DNA of 64,000 nucleotides from a bacterium (GCA_965218795.1 OZ244653.1:1216001-1280000); one strand, 5' to 3'; counted from the first letter of the stretch, positions 19,080 to 30,031 are shown. Numbers and translations are program-made. The notes: generated from the letters alone by a model not told the origin.

Positions 19080-21032
19080 GTGAAGGTGCTTTTCCTCGTC
19101 CCGTACCCCACAGATGGGGCCAGCAATCGGCTGCGAATCGAGCAGTACCTTCCCTACCTGGAAGAACATGCCGTCCATGGGCATGTCCATGCGTTCATGT
19201 CGAGACGGCTGTATTCAATCTTCTACGGTGAAGGCCGCCGCCTGGAAAAATTCATCCACCTCGGCGTATCACTCGTCAGGCGCATATTTGTCCTTCTCAG
19301 AGCCAATCGCTATGACGTCATCGTCATTCATCGAAGGGTTCTGCCATTCTGGAACTCCTTTGCAAGATTTCTGTTTCGACGAATCCGGCGGCCTATCGTC
19401 TATGATTTTGACGATGCTGTCTTCCTGTCAGACACGCGAGGCGGTGTTTTGGGCCGCGTCGCCTCCTGGTTGGGGCAGCCCAAACAGGTCACTGAAATCC
19501 TGAAAGCCAGCACGGTTGTCATTGCGGGCAACGAAGCGCTCCGGAATTATGCCCTCCAATTCCACTCGGATGTCCGCGTCTTGCCGACGCCGGTGAATGA
19601 CGATCTGTTTCAGCCGCAACCAAAGGAAAAGAATCGCGGGCGGCTCGTCATCGGCTGGATTGGCAGTCATACCACCGCCCCCTATCTTCATCAATTGGAT
19701 CAGGCATTCGAATCTCTCCTCAAACGTTTCCCGGAATTGAAAATTCATGTGGTCGGCGGCCGTTATGAATTAATCGGGGACGACGCGCGAATTCTGAATA
19801 TTCCTTGGAAATTGGATTCGGAACAGCAAGTCTTGAGCCATTTTGACATCGGTGTCATGCCGCTCAAGGACGACCTATGGGAACGGTACAAGTGCGGGTT
19901 CAAGGCCCTTCTCTATATGAGCATGGGGATTCCGGTTGTATGTTCGCCCGTGGGCGCCAACAACCAGATTGTTTGTGATGGCGTCAATGGGTTCTTCGCA
20001 AGGACGACGGAGGAGTGGGTGGAGCGCATGGTGGGCCTGCTCGAAGACGAGAGGCTTCGCAGGAGGATGGGGGGCGAGGGCCGCAGGACGGTTGAGAAAC
20101 ACTACTCCGTTCGTAGAAATGCCCCCGAGTTTCTGGGAATTCTCGATGAGGCTGCCGCTGCCCATCGAATGGAAGCCCGGCGCTTCCACCAACTCCAGAG
20201 GATGACCCAAAAGAGTTTTGATTTTCAGTGGACGCAGTTTCCAGACATGGTCCCGGCCAATGAGGATCATTTTTTGAACTATATCCATCCCATACGACCG
20301 GAATTCTTTCAGGGAAAGCTGGTACTCGACGCGGCTTGCGGGTTTGGGCGTCACGTCTATTATGCGTCCACCTACGACGCCGGCCACATTGTCGGAATGG
20401 ATTTCAGCAACGCCATTTTCTCGGCCCGGGAAGTGAATGAAGGACAGTCCAACGTCTCTCTGGTCAAGGGGGATATCTACAAGCTGCCATTCAGGAAAGA
20501 CTCCTTCGACTGCATTTACAGTTTAGGCGCCCTGCATCATCTGCCGGATCCCGAAGGTGGATTCCATGGGCTTATGCAATACGTCAAGCCTGGCGGGATT
20601 GTCGCGATCTGGGTATACAGCAAGAAGCGTCGATGGTTGAACTATATACTTGAGGGAGTGCGTTTTGTTACGAGGAACATTCCTTTCGCCACACTCAAGA
20701 AAATTTGCTTCTTTTGCGCTTGCGTGGATTACTTCTGCTTCGTTTTTCCCTATAAGCTTTTGCGCCGAATTCCCCTGATCGAGAAAAAGATGCTTCCTCG
20801 AATCAAACTCTACGCAAAGTTTCCGTTCTGGGTGAACTATGCTGACTGGTTTGATCGTCTCTCCGCCCCGGTCCGCTACTACTTCAATTCGGAAGACATG
20901 AAAGACTGGGGACGAAGGGCGGGTCTCGTCAACGTGATTGTCTCTGCAACGGGGCGGTACGGTTGGAGACTCTACGGAGAACGCCCGCCTGTGGGGGCTC
21001 GCGAACCGGCTGAAACGGTGGTTTCTACTTGA
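19080..21032 (+). CDS. GT4 glycosyltransferase fused to a class I SAM methyltransferase
   Basis: GASNRLRIEQY, VYDFDDA, IGWIGS, KCGFKALLYM..GIPVV; then SFDFQW, VLDAACGFGRH, YSLGALHHLPDP. Likely GTG start 19080. Confidence 0.85.
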   Translation: MKVLFLVPYPTDGASNRLRIEQYLPYLEEHAVHGHVHAFMSRRLYSIFYGEGRRLEKFIHLGVSLVRRIFVLLRANRYDVIVIHRRVLPFWNSFARFLFRRIRRPIVYDFDDAVFLSDTRGGVLGRVASWLGQPKQVTEILKASTVVIAGNEALRNYALQFHSDVRVLPTPVNDDLFQPQPKEKNRGRLVIGWIGSHTTAPYLHQLDQAFESLLKRFPELKIHVVGGRYELIGDDARILNIPWKLDSEQQVLSHFDIGVMPLKDDLWERYKCGFKALLYMSMGIPVVCSPVGANNQIVCDGVNGFFARTTEEWVERMVGLLEDERLRRRMGGEGRRTVEKHYSVRRNAPEFLGILDEAAAAHRMEARRFHQLQRMTQKSFDFQWTQFPDMVPANEDHFLNYIHPIRPEFFQGKLVLDAACGFGRHVYYASTYDAGHIVGMDFSNAIFSAREVNEGQSNVSLVKGDIYKLPFRKDSFDCIYSLGALHHLPDPEGGFHGLMQYVKPGGIVAIWVYSKKRRWLNYILEGVRFVTRNIPFATLKKICFFCACVDYFCFVFPYKLLRRIPLIEKKMLPRIKLYAKFPFWVNYADWFDRLSAPVRYYFNSEDMKDWGRRAGLVNVIVSATGRYGWRLYGERPPVGAREPAETVVST

Positions 21033-21224
21033 GACCGGACTCTCCGCAATCTCTTTTTCCGGGTTTCGTCCCGAATCTCCCGATCCCATACGGATCTCCT
21101 CGGTCAAACGAACTCACCTGCTCAGGGATTCGGCTCCCTATGGCTGTCAATCGGATACCGGCCATAACACCGGAATCCGACAAAAAATGAGAAGCGGAAC
21201 GCCGTTCCCAACAGCCTCCAATGG

Positions 21225-21540
21225 CATCTCCTTATCCCTATCCCTGGTCGTGCCTTTGTTCAATGGAGAACAGAACATCAGGAAGGTGATGGTACCGATT
21301 CTGCGTGTCGTGGATGCCTTCGTTCAATCGTACGAATGCTCCTCGTCGATAACGGCTCTCAGAACAGCACGCGTCAGGCGCTCGAAGCCCTGCAAAAAGA
21401 ATTTCCGAAAGTCGTGATGGTTCCCATCGATGTCAACCAAGGGTACGGCGGAGGAATCCTTCAGGGGCTTGAAGTCGCCAGAGGGGATTTCCTCGGATAC
21501 CTTACGGGGGACAATCTGTTCCTGGCCCTCGACATCATCG
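21225..21540 (+). pseudogene. GT2 glycosyltransferase fragment
   Basis: SLSLVVPLFNGEQNI and, in another frame, LVDNGS.NST...NQGYGGGILQGLEVARGD. Confidence 0.7.
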
Positions 21541-21544
21541 CGGC

Positions 21545-21800
21545 CCAAGGCTTTCCCAAGAACCCTGAAAGCGTTTGCGGAGAGTCCTTCAACTGAGCTC
21601 TGAGGACCCAAGTCCGCCCACGAGGTTGTGCAAAGCCTCGTCGAGAAGATTGCTCGCCCGGAACTTCAGCCGGATATCCGCGGCACGACCCAAAACGAAA
21701 TTCCGAGCCAGACCCTCGACGCTACAAAGGCGCGTGCACAATTGGGATGGTCACCTAAATTCAATTTCGATGATTCTCTGACCCGCACCGTTGAGGGGAT
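21545..21800 (+). pseudogene. NDP-sugar epimerase/dehydratase C-terminal fragment
   Basis: GESFN...EIPSQTLDATKARAQLGWSPKFNFDDSLTRTVE. Confidence 0.6.
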
Positions 21801-21809
21801 ATGGGAGGC

Positions 21810-22205
21810 GACACCTCGAAGCCGATGGTCTACATTGACGCTCAGCCCGTCCTCTGGCACATCATGATGAGCTTTGCGCACCAGAAGTGGCAGGACTTCA
21901 TCATCTACCTCGGGTACCAAGAGCGCGTCATCAAGGACTACTTTCGAAACCCTCATTTTCAATCGCGAGATTGAGTCCTGGACTATTCCGCGGAGTCCGG
22001 AGACTTTCGAACCCCGGGAGGGGAAGAAGAACCTCTCCGGCGGGTGATATTGGCGGAAACAGGCACTCGAATCCATGACCGAGCAGAGCCAAAGCTGTTG
22101 AAAGTACGTTTAAACCCCCTGGTTTTTCCTGCCTATCTCGACGGGCTCTCGGATGTCAATCTCCAAGCGTTGATTCAATATCACAAGCTGACCGCAGTGC
22201 ATGGA
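21810..22205 (+). pseudogene. glucose-1-phosphate cytidylyltransferase (RfbF-like) fragment
   Basis: KPMVYIDAQPVLWHIMMSFAHQKWQDFIIYLGYQERVIKDYF, later YLDGLSDVNLQALIQYH. Confidence 0.7.
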
Positions 22206-22269
22206 CACGGCACAGGATGTGAAGTATCTTGAGACACTTTGTGCTCAGGGCGAACGCCCCTGGTTTGAC

Positions 22270-22630
22270 TGAAAACCGTGGGATTGCTCATCACCGGAGG
22301 CCCTAGCTTCATCGGAAGGAGGCTGATCGGAGATGGATCGCACCCAGGTCCCTCCGTTTTGGTTTCCAGGCGGAAGCAGAACCCCTTCGGGTGTCTTCCA
22401 AACGTTCGGTTTGCCCATTGCGATCTCCGGGATATCCGGATGGTCCGGAAAGTATTTCGTAGATACCCCATCGAAATCGTCGTCCACTTTGCAAGCGCGG
22501 GCGTGACCCAAATAGAACCGGAAGAAATTTGGGTAACCAATAACCTGGGGCCCTCAACATGTTGGAATCGGCAGTTGACGCGGGCGTTCACCGGTTCATC
22601 CACATCGGTTCTTGCTCTGAATTTCTACAT
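22270..22630 (+). pseudogene. NAD-dependent epimerase N-terminal fragment
   Basis: LITGGPSFIGRRL (degenerate GxxGxxG), VVHFAS, frameshifted GVHRFIHIGSCSEF. Confidence 0.65.
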
Positions 22631-23024
22631 GGAAGGGGGAGGGAGACCGGGAATCCGAACCGTTCTGCCCGGCGGTGGTTTCCCGGTTCCCCAAGGACCG
22701 AATTTTGGATGTACCGAAGGAGAACTGTGACCGTCTGGGACATCGTCAGGCTGTTTCGCCGGAAACCCTATACCCTCCCGGGGTTTACGCCTTGATTCGG
22801 AAGCCGCCGGCCCTATGTACCCCTGGATGTAACTTTACCCTCTGGGTCGCCCGGGCCAACGAAGAGAATACTGAGATGGAAAGCCCAAACCTGCCTCTCC
22901 GAGGGTCTGAATATCATGTCCGTGGAACTTCGGAGAGACATAGACCTCAACTCCCTATCCGACTGAGGATGCCTTAGCGGAGACACCCTCAGTCTCTCTG
23001 ATTCGCTCCGCTCGGTCGATCATC

Positions 23025-25442
23025 ATGCGATTCGAAACCACCTACAGATACGGCAGGGCGATCCTTGTCCTTGGACTTCTGACATCCGTCTTTTTCTACG
23101 ATGTTTGGCTCCTCGATCGTGTCTGGTTCGATTCCCCGGGAATCCACCTGTACTTTCCCTGGCGGGTGGACAGTCATTACAGCCTCTTCGACATTCGTAC
23201 GGTCTGGGGTCCACGGGAAGGAATACCCTTTCACCTTTATTTGGTCAAAACCCTTTTCCAGTCATTGTCCTTTCCCCTGTGGAACCCTTACCTGTTGGGA
23301 GGGATGCCTTTCTTCGCCACTGGCCACAAACAGGTTTTGGATCTGACGAACTTGATTTATTTCTTCGTTGGACTCCCCAAGGGCATGGACCTTCAAATCG
23401 CTCTCCAAGTTCTTCTCTCCGGCTTTTTCATGTATGTGCTGGCATACCGCTGGACCCGTGACCAAACGGCCGCCTTGATTGGAGGCGTCGCTTTCGGTTT
23501 CTCATGCCACGTGATCACAAAAACCTTCTGGGCTCCCAATCTGGGTGACGTGATGTGGATCCCGGCGGCTCTGCTTTGTATCGATCTCGCAACGGTGAGC
23601 GGGAAACGAAGATATTTTGTCTTTTACGGTTCGACGCTGGCGTTGATCTTCCTCGGTGGCAGCGATACACACGTTCCCGCCACCCTTCTTTTCCTGACGA
23701 TTTATTTTTTGGTCCGTCTTTTTTCCTTCTGGCGAGTCCGCCGGGAAACCCATTCATCCATCGGCCAAATCCTGATTTTTCTTCTCATTGCCTACGGCGT
23801 GTTTCTGGGGCTTTCCGCAATCCGGCTTTTTCCTTTCGTGGAGAACATCCTTCTTTCCGACCGGACGATGCCCCGCCCTGTTCCCGAATGGGTCGAAAGG
23901 GGAGCCGAGCCGTTTGAAATTCTGAAGGTCACCGTCTACTCGGTTCTGAACCTTTTCGCGCCGGTCAGCAATACAATCCGTTTTCGAGCAGATGTTCGGA
24001 ATTCCTTTTTCCTAGGCGTTTCGGTCATTCTTCTGGTCATTCCCTGTCTAGGACGGGTCGGCCGCGGCCGCGGCGCTTTCTTTCTCTGTATGGCCCTTGT
24101 CGGTTTAGGAATTGCAGGGCTTGCGGACGCGGCCATTTTGGGACTCATCAAAATTCCAGGTCTTTCGAGGCTCGCCTACCTCCTGCAAAGCATTGCTTCG
24201 GCTCCAGACCGGACTGCAGCCTTCTATGTGAGCAGCCTCCCCCTGCTTTGTTCACTTGCCTATGTCGAGCTTCGTAAAGATGCGCAACAAGAGAGGCTAC
24301 GGCGCTGGATGATTTGGGGCGCCGTCATAACCGCAGGTCTCTGTTCCTGGCTGCTCATGAATCAATTCCAGTGGTTTGCGGTTTCGGAAAACCTCTCCAA
24401 ATACTTCGCTGTCGCTCCGCCGCTCTTCGCAGCGCTCATCCTCACTGTGGGATTCGTCTTGAGGCATTGGTCCCGGATATCCCAAAAAACCCTTGGGACC
24501 TTGATCGTCCTGATTCTGTTCGGGGAATTGATGGCCGGCACCCGGGTCATCTTTTCTCCCGGCCCTCGCGAAGAATTCTATCCCGAGATGCCCAGCATCC
24601 ATTTTCTCAAAAAGCAGGAAGGACTGTTTCGCGCGGCGCATCTGACCCGTGGTCCATTTCTCGATTTGTATTCCCCCATCCTGCTGGCCAGCCTTCTTAT
24701 GCCATTCGAGATACAGAGCATGACGGGCTATGAAAACATCCTGCCGCGAAGGCACCACAAACTCTTCAGCGCAATGGCGACACCCGCTGGAGCAAAGAAA
24801 CCCGTGTTCTTTTACAACTACGTTGAATTGACTCCATTAAGTCTCTACAGTCCGATCCTCGACCTCTTCAATGTGCGGTATCTCCTGATCTCCGTCGATT
24901 TTCCCGATCTCGTCCCGGACGATCGGTATCAACTGGTCTACAGCAACGAGATTCGAATTTATGAGAATCGAAAGTCCCTCCCGCGGGCCTTCGTCGTTCA
25001 CGACGCTCAAGTGATTCAGGAGGAATCCCATATCATCCGCAAGATGACTTCGCCCGGGTTTGCGCCCGAGCAACTCGTGATCCTTGAGGATCCGGAAGCG
25101 ACCCAGGGGTTCATACCATCCGAGGCAAGCCGAAGCTCAGCACCCTCACAAGCCCGCATCCTTCGATACGAGCCCGAACGTGTCGTGGTGGATGTCCGGA
25201 TGAACGGGCCAGGGTTCCTGGTCCTGTCTGATTCCAACTTCCCCGGATGGCGGGTGGCCATTGATGGCCGTCCGGACAGAATCTTTACGGCAAATTACCT
25301 CTTTCGAGCGGTCCGGTTGGAGGGCGGGAGACACCGCGTCGAATTCCATTATGCTCCCGGAACGTTTCGATTCGGTCTTTTCATCACGCTCGCAACGTTG
25401 ATTCTTCTATTGGCCTCCCTTTTCATGCCCGACAGGCGGTAG
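23025..25442 (+). CDS. YfhO-family membrane protein (GT-C-like)
   Basis: PLWNPYLLGGMPF, many TM segments, IYENRKSLPRAF, FLVLSDSNFPGWRVAIDG, ANYLFRAV, VEFHYAP. Confidence 0.88.
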   Translation: MRFETTYRYGRAILVLGLLTSVFFYDVWLLDRVWFDSPGIHLYFPWRVDSHYSLFDIRTVWGPREGIPFHLYLVKTLFQSLSFPLWNPYLLGGMPFFATGHKQVLDLTNLIYFFVGLPKGMDLQIALQVLLSGFFMYVLAYRWTRDQTAALIGGVAFGFSCHVITKTFWAPNLGDVMWIPAALLCIDLATVSGKRRYFVFYGSTLALIFLGGSDTHVPATLLFLTIYFLVRLFSFWRVRRETHSSIGQILIFLLIAYGVFLGLSAIRLFPFVENILLSDRTMPRPVPEWVERGAEPFEILKVTVYSVLNLFAPVSNTIRFRADVRNSFFLGVSVILLVIPCLGRVGRGRGAFFLCMALVGLGIAGLADAAILGLIKIPGLSRLAYLLQSIASAPDRTAAFYVSSLPLLCSLAYVELRKDAQQERLRRWMIWGAVITAGLCSWLLMNQFQWFAVSENLSKYFAVAPPLFAALILTVGFVLRHWSRISQKTLGTLIVLILFGELMAGTRVIFSPGPREEFYPEMPSIHFLKKQEGLFRAAHLTRGPFLDLYSPILLASLLMPFEIQSMTGYENILPRRHHKLFSAMATPAGAKKPVFFYNYVELTPLSLYSPILDLFNVRYLLISVDFPDLVPDDRYQLVYSNEIRIYENRKSLPRAFVVHDAQVIQEESHIIRKMTSPGFAPEQLVILEDPEATQGFIPSEASRSSAPSQARILRYEPERVVVDVRMNGPGFLVLSDSNFPGWRVAIDGRPDRIFTANYLFRAVRLEGGRHRVEFHYAPGTFRFGLFITLATLILLLASLFMPDRR

Positions 25443-25462
25443 ATTCACATGGGGAACAACTC

Positions 25463-26452
25463 TTGCCTGCCCGTCTGAAAACTACGATTGCCGGGTTGAC
25501 TCTAGTGTGTCCCATCTGTCTCCTTCTCTTCGCGAAGGTTGGATGGGGGCAGTCAATACAGCCGGAGGTTCGGGGGCGGGACCGTGCTTTCATGGTCCGA
25601 ATTCCGGCCGGGTTCTTTATCATGGGCCGGGACATTTTCATTCATTACGAATCGTCGACGTCCAGGGGGAAGCCTCTGCCCGCTCTGCCGGCGGGAACCT
25701 TACTGAAACGGAAGAAAGGGGCCCGCTACCGGATTCTCACGAACCTGGATCCCTTCTATATCGACCAGTTCGAAGTGTCGAACGAGCGTTACGAACGCTT
25801 CACCCTCAAGACCGGTCGCGTGCCCTTACCCTTCGCATCCGACCCCCGATTCAATGGCCCCAACCATCCGGCGGTCGGGATGTCCTGGTTCGAAGCCGAA
25901 GCCTACTGTCACTGGGCGGGGAAACGGCTACCCACCGAGGCAGAGTGGGAAAAAGCCGCGCGAGGAACCCGCGGATATAACGCGACGAAAATCCCCGCTC
26001 ACAGTGAGATACCTCTGAAAAGGGCCTGGGCCAATTTCCGACCTTTGATTTCTCTGGGTCTCGAATATTATCATGCCGATGCCAATGCAGACGGATTTCA
26101 ATACACCGCACCGGTTGGAAGCTTCCTACACGAAGGGGGACCTTACGGGGTGTACGACTTGGCTGGAAACGTTTGGGAATGGGTGGCCAACATTTTCCCC
26201 CTTGAATGGGAGACCGAACCGGTCAATCGTATCCATTATTCAAATCGAAAAATGGGGAAACCCGGTGATTTCAGAGGCACGAAGGTTCAACGAGGCGGCT
26301 CCTGGCTGAATCTTCTCGATAAACTGTCCCCCACCTACCGCCGGTGGAGCAACCCAAAATTACGGGGTGATTCTACAGTCGGATTTCGGTGTGTCATGGA
26401 CGACCCAGGGGCCGGGCGAAGACAACCCGTTGGACGTCTCGATGTCGATTGA
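25463..26452 (+). CDS. FGE/SUMF1-domain protein
   Basis: FYIDQFEVSN, KRLPTEAEWEKAARG, YDLAGNVWEW, RGGSW, GFRC; signal-like N-terminus. Confidence 0.85.
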   Translation: MPARLKTTIAGLTLVCPICLLLFAKVGWGQSIQPEVRGRDRAFMVRIPAGFFIMGRDIFIHYESSTSRGKPLPALPAGTLLKRKKGARYRILTNLDPFYIDQFEVSNERYERFTLKTGRVPLPFASDPRFNGPNHPAVGMSWFEAEAYCHWAGKRLPTEAEWEKAARGTRGYNATKIPAHSEIPLKRAWANFRPLISLGLEYYHADANADGFQYTAPVGSFLHEGGPYGVYDLAGNVWEWVANIFPLEWETEPVNRIHYSNRKMGKPGDFRGTKVQRGGSWLNLLDKLSPTYRRWSNPKLRGDSTVGFRCVMDDPGAGRRQPVGRLDVD

Positions 26453-27058
26453 TGAAATGTCACAAACGGCACCTATACGAAAATGTGCGAAGGAGAGTTT
26501 TTGCAACACCTCCCTCACTCCATAACGAGCGGTCCTTGCTCTCGAAGGGGGAGGAAGAATGGGGATATATCCTGGTCCCCATTGCAATCATTTGCTAAAA
26601 TGAAAGAAATCTTTGGTGCGAGGAGGACACCCTCGTATGATTGAGACGAATACTCAAGATTCTCTACCTTTCTCTAGCCGCCGACCGAAATTGACGCCGG
26701 CCTCCTCTCATTCCTTGTGTACGAGAACTCCAAGATGAGCCAGACCCCTCGCCTTCTTGCGGCTCTATTGTGAGCAAGAGGATTTTCTCCGTCGATGGGT
26801 TTGAATATCAATCTATCTGCCGGAGAAGACACGAAGGCGGCTTCGTCCTGAACGACTCACTCACAAGATTCAGTGGAACTTGGTTGCAGAATGGCCGGAA
26901 TGGTTCAAAGACTGGCGATCTGCGAAGGATGATTCGTTCCGGGACTAACTGCTTGCCAAGCCCGAGACTTCATCCAAAAGGTTGAAGAACTCTAAAATCA
27001 CACGATTATCAGATCTTCTCCGGACACACAGCTCAGCCAAATCGCGTTTCGAACGCCA

Positions 27059-27760
27059 ATGCTGGGGTCCCCTTATCCTCTGAAGGCCATAGCGGGTGCA
27101 CCTGACAGGCCGTTGATCATCGGAGATATCGAGATTCCATGCTATGTGCTGGAAGACGAAACGAGGGTACTGAGCCAAGGGGGATTCCTGAAGGCAATAG
27201 GTCGCTCTCGAACACCAAAGGCAGGAACGGGGGGTGTCGACAACCCCCCATCATTTTTGGCCTCAAATAATCTAAAACCATTTATTTCCAAAGATTTATT
27301 GAGGTCGACCACTCCAATACGATTTCAGGCTGTCACTGGTGGCAGTGTCGCTACTGGATATAGAGCGACACTGCTACCACAGGTCTGTACAGTTTATCTG
27401 GAAGCACGTGACGCTGATGTGCTTCTTCCATCACAGCGTCATATCGCAGAACGCACGGAAATCCTTATCCGTGCACTTGCCACAGTCGGCGTCATCGCCC
27501 TTGAGGATGAAGCGACCGGCGATGAACGCATCAGGGAAGAACGCGCCCTCGCCACGATCCTTGAGAAGTTCATCGCTAAGGAACTGCAACCCTGGACCCG
27601 GACATTCCCGTATGAATTCCATGAGCAGATTTTCCGACTCAAGGGATGACCCGGTCCCGATGGGATGAAAAAGCCTTCCATTATAGGACACTATACAAAT
27701 GATATCGTGTATGCTCGCCTTGCTCCCGGAGTTCTAGATGAGCTTAAACGGCTCACCCTC
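27059..27760 (+). pseudogene. phage P63C-domain protein, nonsense codon and truncation
   Basis: EIPCYVLEDETRVLSQ, LATVGVIAL.DEATG, ELQPWTRTFP; TGA 27647-27649 then in-frame GHYTNDIVYARLAPGVLDELKRL. Confidence 0.75.
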
Positions 27761-27889
27761 ACCTTTGGCCGGGGAGAAGGCGATCGAAAAATTATCGGCA
27801 ATGAAAGATATCGAAGGCTGACCTGCATCCATGGGATCAGAAGGGACGGCTGTCGTCATGGAAACAGCCCATTTCGAATGTGAATTGGA

Positions 27890-28290
27890 TGGATACGGTC
27901 GAATTCTGCCGTGGCCTGGGGCGCGCCGCGTCTGCCGACATCCAACGAACGGGAAAAGACCGCGCGGAGGGGCAGACGGGCGAGTCTTCCCCTGGGGGAG
28001 CCAATTTGGAAGGGACCGAATGAACTCTCTGGAATCAGGATTGCAATCGGTGGTTCCGGTCGGTAGCTGCCCCCACGGCGCAAGCCCTGATGGGGTTTTG
28101 GATTTGGCTGGCAATGTGTGGAAGTGGGTTGCGGATTGACATGATCCACCGTCTGTTCCGGAGGGACGCAGGAAAGCCGTTCTCGGCGGCTCCTGAGGCT
28201 ACAATAAAACCTTCGCTCGAATGACCTATCTTGCTGCGGTCGAGCCGAAAGCACATCATCCATCGACAGGGTTTCGCTGTGCAAAGGATT
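27890..28290 (+). pseudogene. second FGE/SUMF1-domain fragment
   Basis: RGGADGRVFPWG, PVGSCPHGASPDGVLDLAGNVWKWVAD-stop, later TGFRCAKD in another frame. Confidence 0.7.
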
Positions 28291-28360
28291 ATTGAAAGGC
28301 TCGGCAACAGCCCGGAACCCAGCAGCTTCTGAAGGCATCTTCCTGACTCCGCCATTCACA

Positions 28361-30031
28361 ATGACTGACGACGCCGACATGTATTCCCATGGGGATCCTT
28401 TCCGGATTCGATTGTTCTGTGGCACCGCCCTAATCGGTCTGTTCATCGGGGCTGTTTTCGAATGGAGGCTATTCGGCCCTCTCACGTGGGGGATGAGCCG
28501 AGAATCACAGATCGCTGCGGTTGGAATTTCGGCATGGGGCCTGATAGCCCCGTCAAATTTCAGTTGGATCATTTTCAGCCGTCTCTTGGGCCGTTGGAAA
28601 ACCTCTCCTCGAATTGTCGATAAATTCAAGAAGACTTGGATACTCGCAGGAGTTGCGGTCGTTCTTGGAAGTGCGGTTTGGACGAATCCCGCAACTGTTG
28701 CCGTTTTGGTGTTTTTCTGGTTTGTTTTCATAAGACTGCTCGGAAATTTTGGTCAAAGTGAACGGTCTGCATTGAAGTGGTTTCTGCTCGCTTCAGCAGG
28801 GACACGTCTTCTCATTATTTTTTGCTATTATTCTTTCGCCACCTTAAAGGGTTGGACCGCCGCTTGGGTCACCATCGATTTTCCTCCCTACGAGGTGCCC
28901 GTCCTTTTCGGAGATGGGGCCGACGCGATTCAATATAGTCGGGCGACCGCCACTTATTGGCGCGGGTTTCGGGTCTCGGCCTCTGACCTCTATGAGGTCT
29001 TTAATCCCGATCGTTCTTTCCTTGACATCCACGGTGATGTCCGCCATCTCCTCCCTCAGACCGTTCTTTTTTACCTCTTCGGGGTCGAACCCATCGCCGC
29101 AAGAGTTCTGAGCGCGCTCGTTGGCGTTCTCGGTGCATTTCTGTCGTATCTCACCCTTCGCGGCCGCTTTGGAAAAGATGTGGCCTGGACGGCCGCCATC
29201 CTGATCAGCTTTTGGCCCACACTCTTCGCTTGGTCGATCGATGCCCTCAAAGAGCCCTATGTTCTCCTCCTGATTGTGGCGTCCGCGTTGTTTAGCACTC
29301 GCTTTGCGGAGGAACGTCGATGGTATGACCTGGTTTTGTCCCTCGCTTTTTTAGGAATGGCCCTCTCCATTCGAACACGGTTTTACCCCGTCATCTACGG
29401 TACTTCGGCCTTATGCCTGGGTGGCTACTTCGTACATCGCGGATTACGCCATGAGTCACCCACAAAGAGGATCGCCGGAGGTATCATGATCCTGCTATTC
29501 CTCATTGGGCTTACGCTGGCTTGGCCTTCGAGTCGACGGCTCCTTGTCGAAAATACATATCGGGGCTTTACGGCCCATCTGAGTTTTTCGCAATCGCCAG
29601 CTGGATACAAAGTTTGGCCAAGGTCCTATTACACACATCTCGGCACATTGGAAGATGTTGAAAGGAAGAAAGCCTTTTCAATCAAAGACTGGCCCGGGGC
29701 CTGGCTTCGAAATCTCGGCCACGTGCTTGTTGAGCCCTTACCGAGAAGAGGAAAATTCGGCGCCCTTCTCGCCATCTTGGGATTTGGCTGGTGGTTAGCG
29801 GTACTTTTTGCAGCCGTAGGCACATACATTGTTGCAGTCCGTCGGGATGGCGTTGGGTGGCTGTTTGTCGTCTATGTGTGCCTCTGTTTCGGTTTTTTGG
29901 CAATGTTTAGCGGTAACGCCGGCACCTTAATCCGACAACGGGACATTGCGACTCCGTTGCTCTTGATACTCACTGCAATCGGTGCCGGGGGATGCTTCCG
30001 ACTCTTGCGGGCTCAATCGCGCAAGGAATGA
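28361..30031 (+). CDS. polytopic membrane protein, ArnT/PMT (GT-C)-like
   Basis: Many TM helices, GDG motif, AAILISFWPTLFAWSIDALKEP, GNAGTLIRQR; start uncertain. Confidence 0.6.
   Translation: MTDDADMYSHGDPFRIRLFCGTALIGLFIGAVFEWRLFGPLTWGMSRESQIAAVGISAWGLIAPSNFSWIIFSRLLGRWKTSPRIVDKFKKTWILAGVAVVLGSAVWTNPATVAVLVFFWFVFIRLLGNFGQSERSALKWFLLASAGTRLLIIFCYYSFATLKGWTAAWVTIDFPPYEVPVLFGDGADAIQYSRATATYWRGFRVSASDLYEVFNPDRSFLDIHGDVRHLLPQTVLFYLFGVEPIAARVLSALVGVLGAFLSYLTLRGRFGKDVAWTAAILISFWPTLFAWSIDALKEPYVLLLIVASALFSTRFAEERRWYDLVLSLAFLGMALSIRTRFYPVIYGTSALCLGGYFVHRGLRHESPTKRIAGGIMILLFLIGLTLAWPSSRRLLVENTYRGFTAHLSFSQSPAGYKVWPRSYYTHLGTLEDVERKKAFSIKDWPGAWLRNLGHVLVEPLPRRGKFGALLAILGFGWWLAVLFAAVGTYIVAVRRDGVGWLFVVYVCLCFGFLAMFSGNAGTLIRQRDIATPLLLILTAIGAGGCFRLLRAQSRKE

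Noticed and set aside
27647-28139. TGA at apparent Trp positions (RLKG*PG, WVAD*) as Sec or an alternative genetic code
   Set aside because: Not Cys positions, no convincing SECIS, both genes are otherwise decayed, and TGA is a normal stop for many intact genes here. TGG-to-TGA mutation is simpler.
25463-28290. Diversity-generating retroelement (FGE-fold target plus template repeat)
   Set aside because: No reverse transcriptase; the two FGE segments differ broadly rather than only at adenines.
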